DNA of 64,000 nucleotides from Vicugna vicugna (lineage: Eukaryota), in NCBI GenBank assembly GCA_013265495.1, contig MU061579.1:3221319-3285318 (forward strand). Reading direction: 5' to 3'. Made by a program: the position numbers and the translations under genes. The first letter of the stretch is position 1. The number at the start of each line of letters is the position of its first letter. The notes under the pieces are model-generated. The model was given only the letters and a program-made list of their open reading frames with translations. It was not told the DNA's origin and made no database searches. Below, in pieces: positions 25,044 through 38,662 of the stretch.

Positions 25044-28000
25044 CTTTAAATAAAGCAAAGTGTGACATTGTTTAATTGCTTGCAAGACATAAGCAGGATC
25101 AGTGAACAACATTTATTAGATGATGATAAATGAGCATTTGGTTCATGAGGAGTTCTTTCCTTAAATTAGACAGACAATTTCATATCAGCATTGCTTGATT
25201 TCCCCAACTGTTCCTGAATCTGTTCTGCTGTTGCTAAAACACTTCAAAGAAAAAAAAAAAAGATTAAATATAAGGATGATGAAAAGGTAGTCGAAATGGA
25301 GAGTACATTGGCAAATCCTCTAATTCTAGAATGACAAAACAGTTCTGATTGCCCTGATGAGTGATTAATTGAAAATGATTTGGGTAGAAAACTAGGATAA
25401 TTTATTGACATGAATATGGTAATATGAATAATTTGGTATTCACAGCAATAATTTGAGTGCTGTGGCTTTTATGCTGAAAGTTTCCCATTAGAATGTGAAT
25501 CTACAATTTTAAATGACTTATAATGCGATAGGAACTCACGACTACATGACATAGATAAACTATTCTAAGGAGTCTTCTTAGGGATCCCAAATAAAATTAG
25601 ACCCAGCAGGATCAAAGCTAGAGATTTAATTAGAAATATAAATAGCCCAACACAAACTCCTTTGATTTTGAATAGTTGTATAGAATCACACATTTATGGA
25701 ACACTTCTATTCTGTTACAGTTGCAACATGTAAAAGAAACCCCAACGTGGGCGTGCTTCAGTTATCCAAGGTCCAGATTCAAAACACAGATTTAAACAGC
25801 CCTTTCTTGTCTTTGTCACCTCCCCTTTTAAAGGAGGAAACATTAAGATGATACTTGGTATTTTATTTCAAATACACATTGGCCCTACTTAAATGTGAAG
25901 ATGAGATTACCTTGAAGTCAGAGATCTGTCACTTATTCCTGTATCCCCAGTTCTTAGCACAAGGCCTGGCATGTAATGGGTGCTCAGTAAATGTTTAAAT
26001 GGATGAAACTGATCATGCTTATCTATATGAGGATTGTGATGGCTCATCTGCAAGTGATAATCTATTTTACACGTAATATATTTAAAGGTTCTTTAAATTT
26101 TTAGTTCTTATTTTTAAATTTATGCACTATAGCTTTAGCAATTTGTGCTTTCCTCTTTGATTTAGCGTATGCCAAAGCTGGTATCTTATTGTCTGTCTGA
26201 CTCATTTATTCCATGTTTTTCTTGCTAGATGTCCAAGGTATGCCAAGCTATAATATACAGATATTGAACAATTCTGTTTCAGGATTAAATGTCCAGGGTG
26301 GAGTCGTTTATTTAAATAATTTATAGAATGCCAGGCTTGTTTCTAATCCTCATGAATGTGAATATGAGCAGAGTGATTCTGAATTATAACAAGGCTCATT
26401 GGTATGGCTGGTGTCAGAGTGTTTCAAGTCTTATCTCAATCATAATACTTCACTGAATAGTTCTTGGGACCAAATATAGAAATTAAAAGTTAAAACTAAA
26501 ACCTAAGGCCTTGTGAGCACACTTGTGGCTACTCTAGAAAGGAAGGCAGGAGAAAAAAATTTAATGACTGATACTACATCTTCTACTAAATCCCAATATG
26601 TTTAAGACAGATGAGAAAGGGGTAAGATGGCTGACAAAGGCAGAACGTTCATCATTCTTCTTGCTATTATCTCCTAAAATTTCAGAAAGAGAGAGAATAG
26701 AGAAAATACACTGAGACCCTACTCCTTTCCTTACTCCCTAGTTCTAGGAAGGAACTTAAGACAATGCTAAATCACGATAGGTCTTCATTTGAAGAATATA
26801 ATAATGGTCTCCCCCAGATTCAGAAACTTCATTGATATTAGTTTCTAACATCCTATTTGGAAGGAAAAAATAGTCATCTGAAGATTGTAATTGAGGAACA
26901 ACTGAAATGTTGGTGCATTCCAATGACAAGGCACACACAGGATACTTCGCAACTTACAAGAGATAAGAGATTAACTCTGTACAACATGATATATCACAGG
27001 AGAGATGTGGTTCACCGTATTACAGTGAACGGGCTGTCACAATTTAGCCACTAGCCAAGAGTGATACAAGAGATCTCCATTAGAAATATTCCATCATTGG
27101 GAGGGCTGGGATCTCTGTAAGATTTTCTGGTACCATAGACACCAAGTGAAAGGGGGTGGTTAATTTTAAGTGCTTTGTACATTGTTTCTCTTTTGAACTT
27201 GTCCTCCCATAAATAGTCCATTGTATATTTACTGGCAAAGGAGGTGATGGAGCAGGGAACTTCCTTGTGTTCCAATGCCTAAGAGAAGACTCAAAATAAT
27301 GCTAATAAGAAAGAAGATTGGGTAATTATATTTATTTTTACATCATTCCCACACCCCAATCACATGTTGTCATCTATATCTTTCACTCACATTACAAAAT
27401 TTCTTGGAAGTGTTTTGACCCCTTGAAACTATGGGATAAAACTACAGTAATATAAACTTATAACATATAAACACAATATTAAAATTGGCTAAATTTGTAG
27501 ATGTCATAGCAGGCCTACTAACTTCTGGAATATGGACGAGTCAATGAAATTAGATTCAAAGGTCACAATAAAAAAGGATGTTTTACACAGTTTGAAAGGG
27601 TAGCTTATCTCCTTATGTCAGCAGCAATGACTTGAAATCTGCAAGCAGCTACTTAGAAGAAACTTCCCGTACCAAAAAAAACAAACAATAACAACAAAAA
27701 ACCCAAGAAGAGAGATATGAAAGGAAAGAAACCCCTTTTGAACTGGACTGGGCTTTGGGCCAGTAAGAAGGCAGTTCAAGGGAGTTTCTAGGCAAGAGAC
27801 CCAGGCAAAGAGAAACAAGCTTTATTAAGAGTGTCAGGTGGCTTTAAGGAGTGCAGTTTTGACCTTGAAATGTAATAGATACACTCGGGAAGAATGCCAG
27901 AATGGACTTTGTATTATCAGTGGTTAATGCAGCCAAAGGATGATGTTAACTTCAACGGGGGTTGGATGCAAAGGCGAATTCAGGAAGTAAAACTTGAAAC

Positions 28001-28269
28001 CCCTGATCCAGGTGTAGTAGAGTCAAGTTGAAAAATGTTATGTGATCATGCATTTTCAAGTGTTTTGTACCTCCCAGTGAAGCAAAAGAGTTTTGCTCTC
28101 TAACCTAAGTATTTTGCTAGAAACACTGCCAATAAAAGATATCAAATAAAAGGTAACAGTGAAAAGGTCCCAGTCCCATTGTAAGAGTCCTACTTTTAGA
28201 TGAGAGACTCCCAAGCTCTTGGAAGGTAACAGGAGACAGCAACTAGGGCCAGAATCACAAATCTTAATT

Positions 28270-28490
28270 GATTGTTTCCTATGATTCAAGCACGATGTTA
28301 AGTGTATTATATGAATCATTTTACTTAACCATAGCTCTATAAAAAGTTGTATTTCTATTTGATATAAGAAGGAAATAAGGCTTAAAGCAATGAAGTAGTA
28401 TAGTAAAATCCCCCAAATTTTCAATGGCAAGGATGGGATTAAAAGCAAGGTGCATCTCTTTCCAGAGCCCATGTTCTTAGATTATGTAAC
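28270..28490 (-). mobile_element. MIR SINE (degraded)
   Basis: aaggaaataaggcttaaagcaatgaagta..gggattaaaagcaagg..ttccagagcccatgttctta. Confidence 0.6.
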
Positions 28491-29310
28491 ACTGTATGTT
28501 GGTGAACCACGTGGTTCGTAAGTCACTCAGGTTTGCTTTGGTGCAGAAACCAAGGGCTGGGTGCACTCCGCTGTGGATAACATTGAGAACATTTGTGTAG
28601 TTAGGATTTCTGCTTAACCTATAAACTCTCAACAGAGAGAATTTGCAGAATAAAAGTAAGCATGAAGGAAATACAACATTAGACTTAAAAGAAGAAAAAA
28701 ACTAAAATCACTAATAAAGCAATACAAGTATAGTATTTATAGTTTGGTTTTTAAAATCATTATCAATGCTATACACAGGAAAATATATAAAGTGGACAGG
28801 AAAGGTTTAGCAGCAGAACATCAAACCATTCCATTCCTTTACCAGGAGACATTCTTGGGAGGGAAAGAAGAGAGGTAAGTACATCTCCTTGTAAACATGC
28901 TGGAGTCAGACCTTCTGGTGTTTTGTGCCCAGATCTTAATTTATAAAGATGACTGACTGACCACACAGAGAGTTCGATGCCATTGAAAGAGAAGTTTAGT
29001 GTTACTTCTGTTTCCCTTAGAAACAAAAGACACAGCTCACCAGCCAGGTCTACAGGAGGAGCACCAGATTTTGGTCGGGAAGCAGAATTAGGAGTGAGGA
29101 AAAATCTGTGCCTTTACTGGGGTTTCTGTGTTGGTGGTCTTCTGTCTCTCTCTCCTATGTCAGTGTTCACAATTAATGCTATTATTAGTGAGTAACTATA
29201 CTGGGTAAATTTCTTAATTTCCTAATTCTCTAACAATCTGATCTTTATAAACTGTGTTAATTCACACAGTTTATGTTCAATCGTTTTCATATATAAAAAT
29301 GTAATGATGA

Positions 29311-29539
29311 GTATAAGATTAACAGATGCACACTACCCTATATAAAACAGAGCCACAACAAGGATTTACTGCACAGCACAGGGAATTATATTCAATATCT
29401 TGTAATAAACTGTAATGGAAAAGAAACAAAAAAGAATATAGATATATACATATATGTGTGTAACACAATCACTTTGTTGTACACCTGAAATTAACACAAT
29501 ACTGTAAATTAACTATACTTCAACAAGAAAAAGAAAAGA
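29311..29539 (+). mobile_element. Short 5'-truncated L1 3' end with TSD
   Basis: L1 3'UTR (gcacagggaattatattcaatatcttgtaata...tgtacacctgaaattaacacaatactgtaaattaactatacttcaa) with an A-rich tail. TSD aaaaatgtaatgatga (29295-29310) / aaaaatgtaatggtga (29540-29555). Confidence 0.9.
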
Positions 29540-29616
29540 AAAAATGTAATGGTGATGTTTTGATAGAAACATTGAAGAGTGGAAAACAAAAACCTCAAAT
29601 TTGAGCATTTAGGATT

Positions 29617-29995
29617 ACCCTACGGATTAAACCTTCATGAAACCCTCAAATATATGCTGTTGAAGCCCTAATCACCATTGTGATAGTGTTTGCGGGTGGG
29701 GCCCTTGGGAGGTAATTCGGTTTACAGAAGGTCATGAGGATGGGACCCCTGTGACGGGATTAGTGTCCTTATAAGAAGAGACACCAGAGAGAGGGCTCTC
29801 TTTCTGTCTCCACTATGTGAGGAAATAACCACACAAAAAAGTGGAGAGAGAGAGCTCTCACCAGAACCCCAGAACCCAACCACACTGACACCCTGATCTT
29901 GGACTTCCAGCCTCTAGAACTGTGAGAAAACACATGTCTGTTGTTTAAGCACCTGGCCTACAGTATTTTGTCACAGCAGCCCGAGCGAAGACAGA
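29617..29995 (+). mobile_element. MLT1A-like MaLR solo LTR
   Basis: gttgaagccctaatc, gggattagtgtccttataagaagagacaccagagag, ctgatcttggacttccagcctctagaactgtgaga, and terminus cagcagcccgagcgaagaca. Confidence 0.9.
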
Positions 29996-31759
29996 TTTCA
30001 CCCAGGATACTCTTGCTAGGATGAGGACACGTGATACCGCCAAGCTGACTATGGCAGTGCAGACGCAGGGATAATGCACGATGATAATGTTGACTGGAAT
30101 TACTTCCACCAAATGAACGTTGAACAGATGACGATGGATGCTGTACATGCTGCAATAATCGGTATTATTTTTCCTGTGACTTCACATGGGAGGCAGCAGT
30201 TAAGTCCTCAGCATTGAGGTCAGTCTAACAGGCAGCGAGCTTTCAGCCTTCAGTGACAGAGACGGGTGTGGCGGTTAGCTCCAATTCATCCAGAATTATT
30301 TTTATGTGTGTAGACCTTGCTGCTGGTGACTGGTACTTCTTTAAAAAAAAGTTTTTTTATTAAGCTGCTAATAACTTTCTTGAAAAAAAAATCACCAGGT
30401 TCTTAATACTGGCTGGCATTTCCTGTATGATCGTCCATCATTTTCTGTAACTATAATCTTGAACTTTTTTTTTCTTTAATCTCCCTGTTAATTAATGTTT
30501 TACTCTAGTCCTAAAGTAATCTGTTTCTTCTTTCAGGTTGTTGATGAAGCTCTCACAATCTGTTATTCTGTCCACTTACATCATATTTGTTTTTTCGTCT
30601 TAATAAATTGTTAGATTCATTCAAACATTATCTATATGGCTTTCAACAAAATTCGTTAAATTGCTCAGATGTGTTTTTTTTTTAATTTTTTAAATATAAT
30701 GATGCAAAGATCAATATTTGAGGCCTGGCAGTATTCTATCTCTTTCAGATCCATACCATAGTAACACAGAAGCTGAAGAATGTAATCCATAAATATGTGA
30801 CTTTGAAACTTGAAAACAGACTTTGTTGGAGAATGTGCAAGGTGGATGTGGTCATTTCCAGCTGGATACAGTAAGAAGTTATCAGTCTCATTATGTGCAA
30901 ATTGTAGTTCCTCAGGGGGCCACAGCATTGTATATGAATAGTGACATTTTAAATTGCAATCATTTCTATTCTCAGGTACCAATTGCCCTCCAGAATGAGA
31001 TCCTTGTGGCCCTAATGCAGTTGTAAAGCTGCTGTCACGGTTTTGTTGTTGTTGTAGTTGTTTGACCGCCAGACTAGAAATATGCATTTTTGGAATGGCA
31101 ACTTAATTTATTTTTCTTTCCTTTTATTTATTGATATATTTATTTTTGGTACACATGCAGCAATATTTTAGTAAGTTGAATGATATAATTTTACAGAAAA
31201 ATATACTTGCTTTTCTTAAATTCATTTTGTATATTTTCTTTTCATTAGATTTTCAGTGATTTTTGAAAGCTAGATTACATAATTGTTTATTTGTACCACA
31301 ATGGAGTTCCAAGTGTTCAGATGATTAAATGAGTTGTCCCTTGAGGAATAGAAACAAGAGAAACACTGTTGTGCTGCTTCATTAGACTCCTAACCAAATA
31401 GTGAAGGAAAAATAATTTGAAACTAACAATAAGAGGTTACCTCGTTAAAACTATCTAAGTCAACCTGAGACAAATGAATGCAATAAAAAATTACCTGTAG
31501 CATTTTTCACCATTGAATATGTTTAGAATTGGAAAGTCTGTTTATTAAAGACATATTGATTTTCATTAGAATTTTTTTACATTCAGGTAGCCAGTCCTAG
31601 GCTTAGTTTTTGTGTCTAGTTTGGTTTTGTTTTTAAATCTATTTAAAGTCCAGTAGCAAGACTTAACCTAATTGCAAACTCACACTTTCACATTTTCAAT
31701 ACATATTTACTGAGAAGTACTGTAACTCAGGATATCTGTCTTGATAATAATATCAATAG

Positions 31760-31990
31760 TTGATACTAATAAACCACTTAATATTTATTAAACTCTGTTG
31801 AAATGTTTCATAACTACTAACTCATTCCTTTGTTCCAACAACATGGAGAGGTAAATGCTATTATAAACATATTTAACAGTAAAGAAACTGATTATCAGAG
31901 AAGTTAAATTATTTGCTCAAGGGCACGGTGAGAAATTAGCAGAGACAAGACTAAAACCCGTGCACGTTAGAACTCTTCTCTCAACCAGTG
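31760..31990 (-). mobile_element. MIR SINE
   Basis: aagaaactgattatcagagaagttaaattatttgctcaagggcac core. Confidence 0.7.
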
Positions 31991-34900
31991 AACAAAACAC
32001 ACCTATTAAAAATGATTTAATGACAGAATACATAAGATGTACAAACAGTTCCCTGATGCCTCAGAAAAACCATTAGCTCTGGTGAAGGCTTTCAGAGAGG
32101 TCATAACTGAGTAAAATGAATGCATAGGCGTTTGTAAGGGAAAGAAAGTAGAATAGTCTAGACACAAAAGACACAGCACGTACAAATGCAAGGCCATGTG
32201 AGACAAGTGGGCTTGATCAGGAAAGGTGGGGAATTGTGTAGGAAGAGTGGTGGGGCAGAAACTAAGGGGGTGTGGGTGGGAGAAAAAGCCAGAAGCCCAG
32301 TGAGTCATCTGTGTAATGATGTATTTGTAACCATCTGTGTGATGTCTTTACCAAACACTAAACTTTAAGTGCCCTGAAGGCGGGGAACTGTTCTGTATTT
32401 TACTCTATTCCCAGCATCTATCTCAAGGTCTTCTGCTTCTCAATCAATATATATTAAGTGAATGAATGAGTGATGTAGCTATGGCTTGACGGATGCTGTG
32501 GAGTTAGATTCCATAAGGCCAAGAAGGTTCTGTGAATTTCTTTTGAAGGTTCTTTGTTGATAAATGAGAATGACAAGATTGCACTTTTTTGTTTGTTTGG
32601 TGTTTTTAGAAACAGAACTCCAGGAGTAGTTTTGAAGGAGCCTCTCTTGGAGATAAATGATAATGTACACACGAATGGATGCTTCTACGATGTTTCTGCT
32701 GCTGAGTAAATCATGAAAAGCATTTTCTCCTCCATAAAGTGAGGGGATGGGAGACCATCAGATCATTACGCTTAGCAAGTGTGTGGCACATATTAGAGAG
32801 CACAGGTCTTACTGTGTTGAGCTGCATACAACGGGCAAGACTTGAGTGGTACAACGCCCATGGCTGGAGCCTGGAAAGGACAGGGAGTTAAAGCAGACGC
32901 CTTTTATCGAAAAAACCACACAAGCAACTTCAGAGTGGTTATACTTGACTTATTCCCAGGTTAGGATAAGGAAGAGGATGACTTTAGCACTTTGAATAAG
33001 TCTGAGAATTTTCCTGAGAAAAGTACCACTATCCAAAATCTTTGAAAACAGAATTCATCGTCTGGGCCATAGACCTCCTCATTCCAGCAATTTCCTTATA
33101 TGGTGCATTAAAATCCCACTTTGCCCAACCGGGAGACTTAGTCCATCCCAAATCCCAACTCTTCTAACAATAGCTAAGGAAACTAGGGCCTCCAAAAGGC
33201 AATAGATGAACCCAGTAGGAGAAAAATTCCAAATGGTTTCAACGAAGTGAGTTTTAAGAACATGGTATTTTAGGATTCAAAGCATAAATTGTTTTCCAAA
33301 AAGAAATTCTTCTTTAATAAAATTACAATGTAAAACACTTTATTCCTGTCTTCTAAACATAATGAGTAAAATTGATAATAATATTAATCCTAGAAGAGGA
33401 ATTTATACTTTATAGAATAACTGTTTTTATAGTATCCTCCCAGACAACCTGTAAATCTGCAGTCCTGTGTAAAGACTCTTCTTATTGTGTAAAAGACGAC
33501 ACTGAACAGAGCAGTAAGTTTCACATGATGCATCCCAAGTTACAAAATCATGGCATATTTTAGAACTAATTATCAAATTTAATTTAAATACCTCTCAAAG
33601 ACTCGAATATCTTTTTCTGTCTCTTAACTCTGAATTCTGCTCCTCATCAGCACATACTTTAAATGGTGGTGTTCTCCTGGAGCTCTGATACACACTTAGC
33701 ATGTGAAACCTTTGGCACTGCTCACAGGACCTGCAGCTGGAGTTCTTCTGGCTTGACACGTCTCAACAGCTGCTCTCAGAATTATTGAAGCCAGACTCTT
33801 CCCCCTTCTACATCTGCTCTTCTTGGGAACTGTTGATGTCATGCTATCTTTCCTGCAAAAGCTGCTCTGCATCTTTCCATAATTAATGCACTTACAGTAA
33901 GGCTCCAACTTAACTCTTCCTTAACCACCTTCTCTCCTTTCTTCTCCTTCCCCAGTAACACCTAGTGGTGGTGTGTGTACGTCCCTTTTGTTTTCCAGGA
34001 AGAAGTCTTCTCATGTTGGTGCTGAGACCATTATTGCTTCCCAGTGTCCGTGCATTTCTTATTAGTATATTTAGCACACCATTAGCTTCTTACTTGAAGC
34101 TTACAAAATGATTTCTCTTGCTCTGAATTTTCCTTTCATAAACTTGTGCTAGTAAAGTACTGAGGCCATATTTTCTCTGCAATCTCTCATCATATATTTT
34201 GAAAACTATACCAAACAATTTTTTTAAGAGACAGTACACACATAGCAAATGAGACATGTCATGATGGTGACATTGAGAAGCTGCTCTGAGAGTTTGAGGA
34301 GTGGGGAATAATCCAGGCCTGAGGTGTTCAAGGAAGGTGTGGACAAGGCGCATTTTAGATCAATCTTGAATAAACTTGTAGTCGTGCTGCTCATTTAACA
34401 CTTAGTTGGGTGGATAATGAAGAGTCTGAAAAATTAGTATTATTTTGGTCCCCAGGGCTTGAGGAATCTCTAGTTGAGAGCTATCATGCATTCAATGCAC
34501 AATAAATATTTGCTGATTAAATGAATCCACTAGTATAGTTCAATTTAGTTCTCTTCTGATAGAATAGAAGATGTAATTTTTGTGTAGGAAACAATTGCTC
34601 CGATGAGACCACTCGTATTGAGTGATGGGAATGAAGATAAAAAGTCATCTTTTAAATGAAAAAGTTATAAAAATCAGTTTATAATGAATGAGATACATAT
34701 CCACAGAACTGCTTCTCCTTCGGGAATGATCTGTAATAGTGAACTTTATTCATAATTTGCTGTTTATTAAGCTATTGTGCCAAACTTTTCACATTCACAT
34801 TCCCACCGATGTTCCGAACAAACGTGTATGGTACCACCTGACACTGTCCTCATTTACAAATGAAGGCAGGCAGGTGTAGTGAGGCACAGACATTCGCACT

Positions 34901-35899
34901 TGATCCACACTGGAAATGTATTCGACCTCCACATTTAATCTCAGGGATAATGTACTTTGAAGAAGATAGTGTCTGGAATATAACAAAACAGAAACAACAA
35001 AAGAACTTTATCTTCATTTTGTTCCTGCTCACCTGAGAAGCATCTGTGAAGCCTGTGTTCAGCAGAGAAAATTTAGAGATTGGCAAGTAAAGTTCCTACG
35101 AGCTATTATCAAAGCCAGTGGAGAAAGGAGCTTTGTTCTGATCCTAGAAAAGCCCTAGTTTTGTCAGTGAGGATATCCTGAGTCTATGCAGGAGCATAAG
35201 GTAATCTATGTTAATTTATGAAATACACAGTTTAACAGAAAAATCATTAGAAATATCCTATTTCTTTTGTTTATATTGTATTACCAATGAACACTTTGAT
35301 AGGTTGGACATTCTTATGAACTTCTTTTTAATTCTACTCATAAACACTGTGAATTATATTATCAAGCCATATGTTATATTTTGATTTTCGTGGTAAGCAA
35401 ACTCAAATTTCTAACTGTATATTTTTTGACATCTAAAATTTAGTTTCTTGAGATCTTGGTTATTTGATCTGCCAACTATATGCCTAGACAGGGCTATAAA
35501 GACATTTTTTCTTTGGTAACTTTTGACCTTTGACCCTTGACCACAAAGATACCATTTCTCAAACTTCTTTTGGCTACTTGAGACATTAAATATTTCATAT
35601 ATATTACAATGTATCCCAGCAATGCATCCCAACAATGAATTTCAAAAGGTCATTCCTACTACTCAGTACTTTGGTTTTAAGTAAAACTGCAATAGAAAAT
35701 GTCTATAAAATGTTTTAAGTGTTAACTACAGATATCACAACACCTTTTTTAAGTTAACCTAAGTTGAATATCTTTTCATCTTATTTTTAAAAAGTAAACA
35801 TTTTCATGAATTACTTTATTTCTTTAATTCTTACTTCTTGCTTATGGCTAATCAACCTAATTAAGAAGAGGCTTTTTTTAACATATTAAATGTGTTCTT

Positions 35900-36235
35900 T
35901 GGAAATATACAATATGCTACTCTAATGGACTGAATCATAACATAGATGATTCTAACAAACATAATGTAGAACTAAGTCAGACAGGCACCAGAGAATGCAT
36001 ACCTTGGATTCCACTCATATAGAAAGTTCCAAAACCAGCAAAACGATTGCTTATCCTTGGGGAGTATGTAGGGACGAGGTGAAGGCTTTAGAGACGTTTT
36101 GAGAATCCTGGTGATATTTTCTTTCTTGATCTACATTCTAGTTACAAGGCTGTTGGTAATTTGTGGAGATCCGTCAAGCTGTATGTACTTGTGATGTTTG
36201 CACATGCTTGTATGCTTGTGATATTTCAGTAAAAA
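35900..36235 (+). mobile_element. Old L1 (L1ME-like) 3'UTR fragment
   Basis: aacatagatgattctaacaaacataatgt..gaatgcatac..gattccactcatatagaaagttccaaaaccagcaaaac..ttcttgatct. Confidence 0.65.
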
Positions 36236-36419
36236 GCTGGAAATCTCCACAAATTGTCTATAGAAGATTAGACAGAGCTGAAGAGAAAATTAGTAGAATA
36301 AATATAAATATAAGGAATTCTGAGTTTATAGCACAAGGACTCAAAGAAAGAAAATTATGAACAAAGGCTTATAAGAAACTGAAAAGAAAGTGAGAATTCT
36401 ACGATTACACATACTCCAT

Positions 36420-37230
36420 TCTAATCTGCCTTTGTTACTTCTCCCATCAAGGCATAGAGTCTAGTCCGTCTCGGCAGGCATTTGGTACGTCCCTAGGACA
36501 TGCTTTGACCAACAGTATGTGGCAAAAACGACACTGCTTACTTTCAAGTCTACTATTTGGAAAGCCTTGCAATCAAGCAGTCTCTAAGGTGCAAGCTGCT
36601 GGTAGGTCAACTTGTCACACTTCTACAGGCTTAGTCAGCAAGGAGACAACTGGACCCAGTGGTTTTAGACAGTTCATACTTCTAGAGCAGCAGGCAGCTT
36701 GAACTTCACGCGCTCACAGCTAAGTCCCACAGGGGTGATTCAACAGGGGCCTGGGTGAATTCTGAACACACGGCTAATCTGTTTCCTGCTTTGGAAATCC
36801 ACAATCTCATCAGGCCATGCTACAAAACTTGCCTGCACTTCACTCCAAAGGAGACATTGTATTTGTTACTTTGGGATTTAAGAAAGTCTTCCCTGAGAGC
36901 AAAGTACTATCTTACCCTTACACTGTAGACAAAGGGTCTTAAGTTGTCTATAAATGCCATCCATGTAGCAGTGTGAGGGATTCAGGGGGGACTGTCTCTC
37001 AGCAGCAACGTCTGAATGCCTCTACATTCATGTAAAAAGGACCAGTCTAGCATATTGAGGATGAAAGGGCATGGAGGGAAATCTGGAGCCATTCCATCTG
37101 CAGACTCTTATAAGCAAGTGGAAGAAACTCTCAGCTGAATTCAGCTCAAGTTGCTGACTCACATATGGTGAGTAAAAAACTAAGTGTTTGGATGATTTGT
37201 CACACAGCATTAGTAGCTGAAAAAAAATAC
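36420..37230 (+). mobile_element. MLT1G/H-like LTR interrupted by a second LTR
   Basis: 5' piece ctcccatcaag..tgctttgaccaacagtatgtggcaaaa and 3' piece cagctgaattcagctcaagttgctgactcaca..gatttgtcacacagca flank an unrelated ~450-bp insert. Confidence 0.6.
36575..37026 (-). mobile_element. Probable ERVL-class solo LTR (MER74/MER73-like) nested in MLT1
   Basis: Reverse strand begins tgtagaggcattcag..gagacagtcccccctga. It is LTR-sized and interrupts an MLT1. The family name is tentative. Confidence 0.45.
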
Positions 37231-37764
37231 AGAGTTAAGAATCACAGGAAAAAATATATCTCAAGCACAGATGGCTACTTTGAAGAATAGTTATGGGTTG
37301 TTTGGTACAAAATGATTATCAATAATCTCATTCTTCTTCTGACAATTTTTGTAAGGATACTTTCCAGAAGCTATTGGGAAAAATATCTGTTCCTGTATGT
37401 AAAACATTTTACATACTGATTAGTCAATGGTTCTTTATTATAAGTGGCTAAGTTGTAACTAATGAAACACATTTTTATAAATATAATTTTTTTTTCAATT
37501 TTTTTCATTAAGATTTTGAGCCAATAAGAGATGTCATTAGAGTATACCTCCCAAGCCTATGCACATACTTGTTAATAATTCCTGCATTTGTTTGATATGA
37601 ACCCGGTGAGTTCAGCTGTGATTTTTTTTTTCTTTTGGTTTGTGGTTGAATGAAGTGGAATACTTGAATCTTATCATTATGGAGAATGTTCATTTATTCA
37701 ACAACCGTGCATTGTCCATAATTAGCAAATAACACTGGATGAAAAATGAATAGCCCACAAGACC

Positions 37765-38220
37765 CTCCTCTGTCTCTATGGTCTTCTCTTCATTGTACTC
37801 TCCTTCAGTCACTCTGCTTCTACCATCTTAGCCTCCTTACTGTTTCTTAGTGACAGAAGGTTGCCCCTTTTTCCTGAAATGTTCTGCTTCAGTACAACTG
37901 CATGACAGGCTTCTTTTCATCTTTCAGCCCTTTGGTCAAATATCACTGCATCAAGAACTCTCTCCTTAACCACCCAGCTTAACATGCATCACTCCCTAAA
38001 TCACAATTTCACATTTTTTCCCATGGCACTTTATCACCATTAACAGATAATTTTTTAAAAAGTGTTTCATTTTTTTCCCCTTATTATCTGTCTGTCTTCC
38101 TGAAAATAAGCTTCAAAAAGGCATTTAAAAAAATTAGTGTAAAGTTCTTAGTGCTTGGAACAGTTCCTAATTCATAGCAGGTGCACAAAAATATTTGTTG
38201 AATGAATGAATGCATGAATT
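37765..38220 (+). mobile_element. LINE2 (L2a-like) 3' end
   Basis: Ends cttagtgcttggaacagttcctaattcatagcaggtgcacaaaaatatttgttgaatgaatgaatg. Confidence 0.85.
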
Positions 38221-38662
38221 AAAATGTACAACCAGACTCTGATTTCTAAAAAGAATTTCCAATACTATAGTGGCTTATAATAAAGTTTTATTTATCACAT
38301 TACCTAGGGGATCTGATCCATGTTTTCTCACTCCAGCAGCTAATGGAGCCTCCATCATCAGACACATTGCCTGCCAATATGGCGAGGAAACAGGGATTAA
38401 GCAAACTCACACTGATTCTTAAACTCTCCCACTCGGAAATAATGAATAGAAAATTCACTCACATTTCATTGTCCACAGGTAGGTAGGTTGTATCCACCAT
38501 GTGCCAAAAGAAGACTGGCTGTGATAATGGGAGAGATGGTGTTTGTATAGGGTGGTTAGGGAGGGCCTCTTTGAGAGAGAATAGCATCTGAACTGAGTTC
38601 AGGTTTCTTGCTGGAGGCCAACAACCAGGGTGTTCTAAAACATGATTTAGATTTTAGTTCTG

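Noticed and set aside
28056..28472. 138-aa minus-strand ORF
   Set aside because: It lies largely over a degraded MIR, and the hydrophobic bias reflects AT content.
30665..31087. 140-aa minus-strand ORF with a poly-Q-like start
   Set aside because: The Q run comes from a (TTG)n simple repeat and the K run from poly(T). No known protein similarity.
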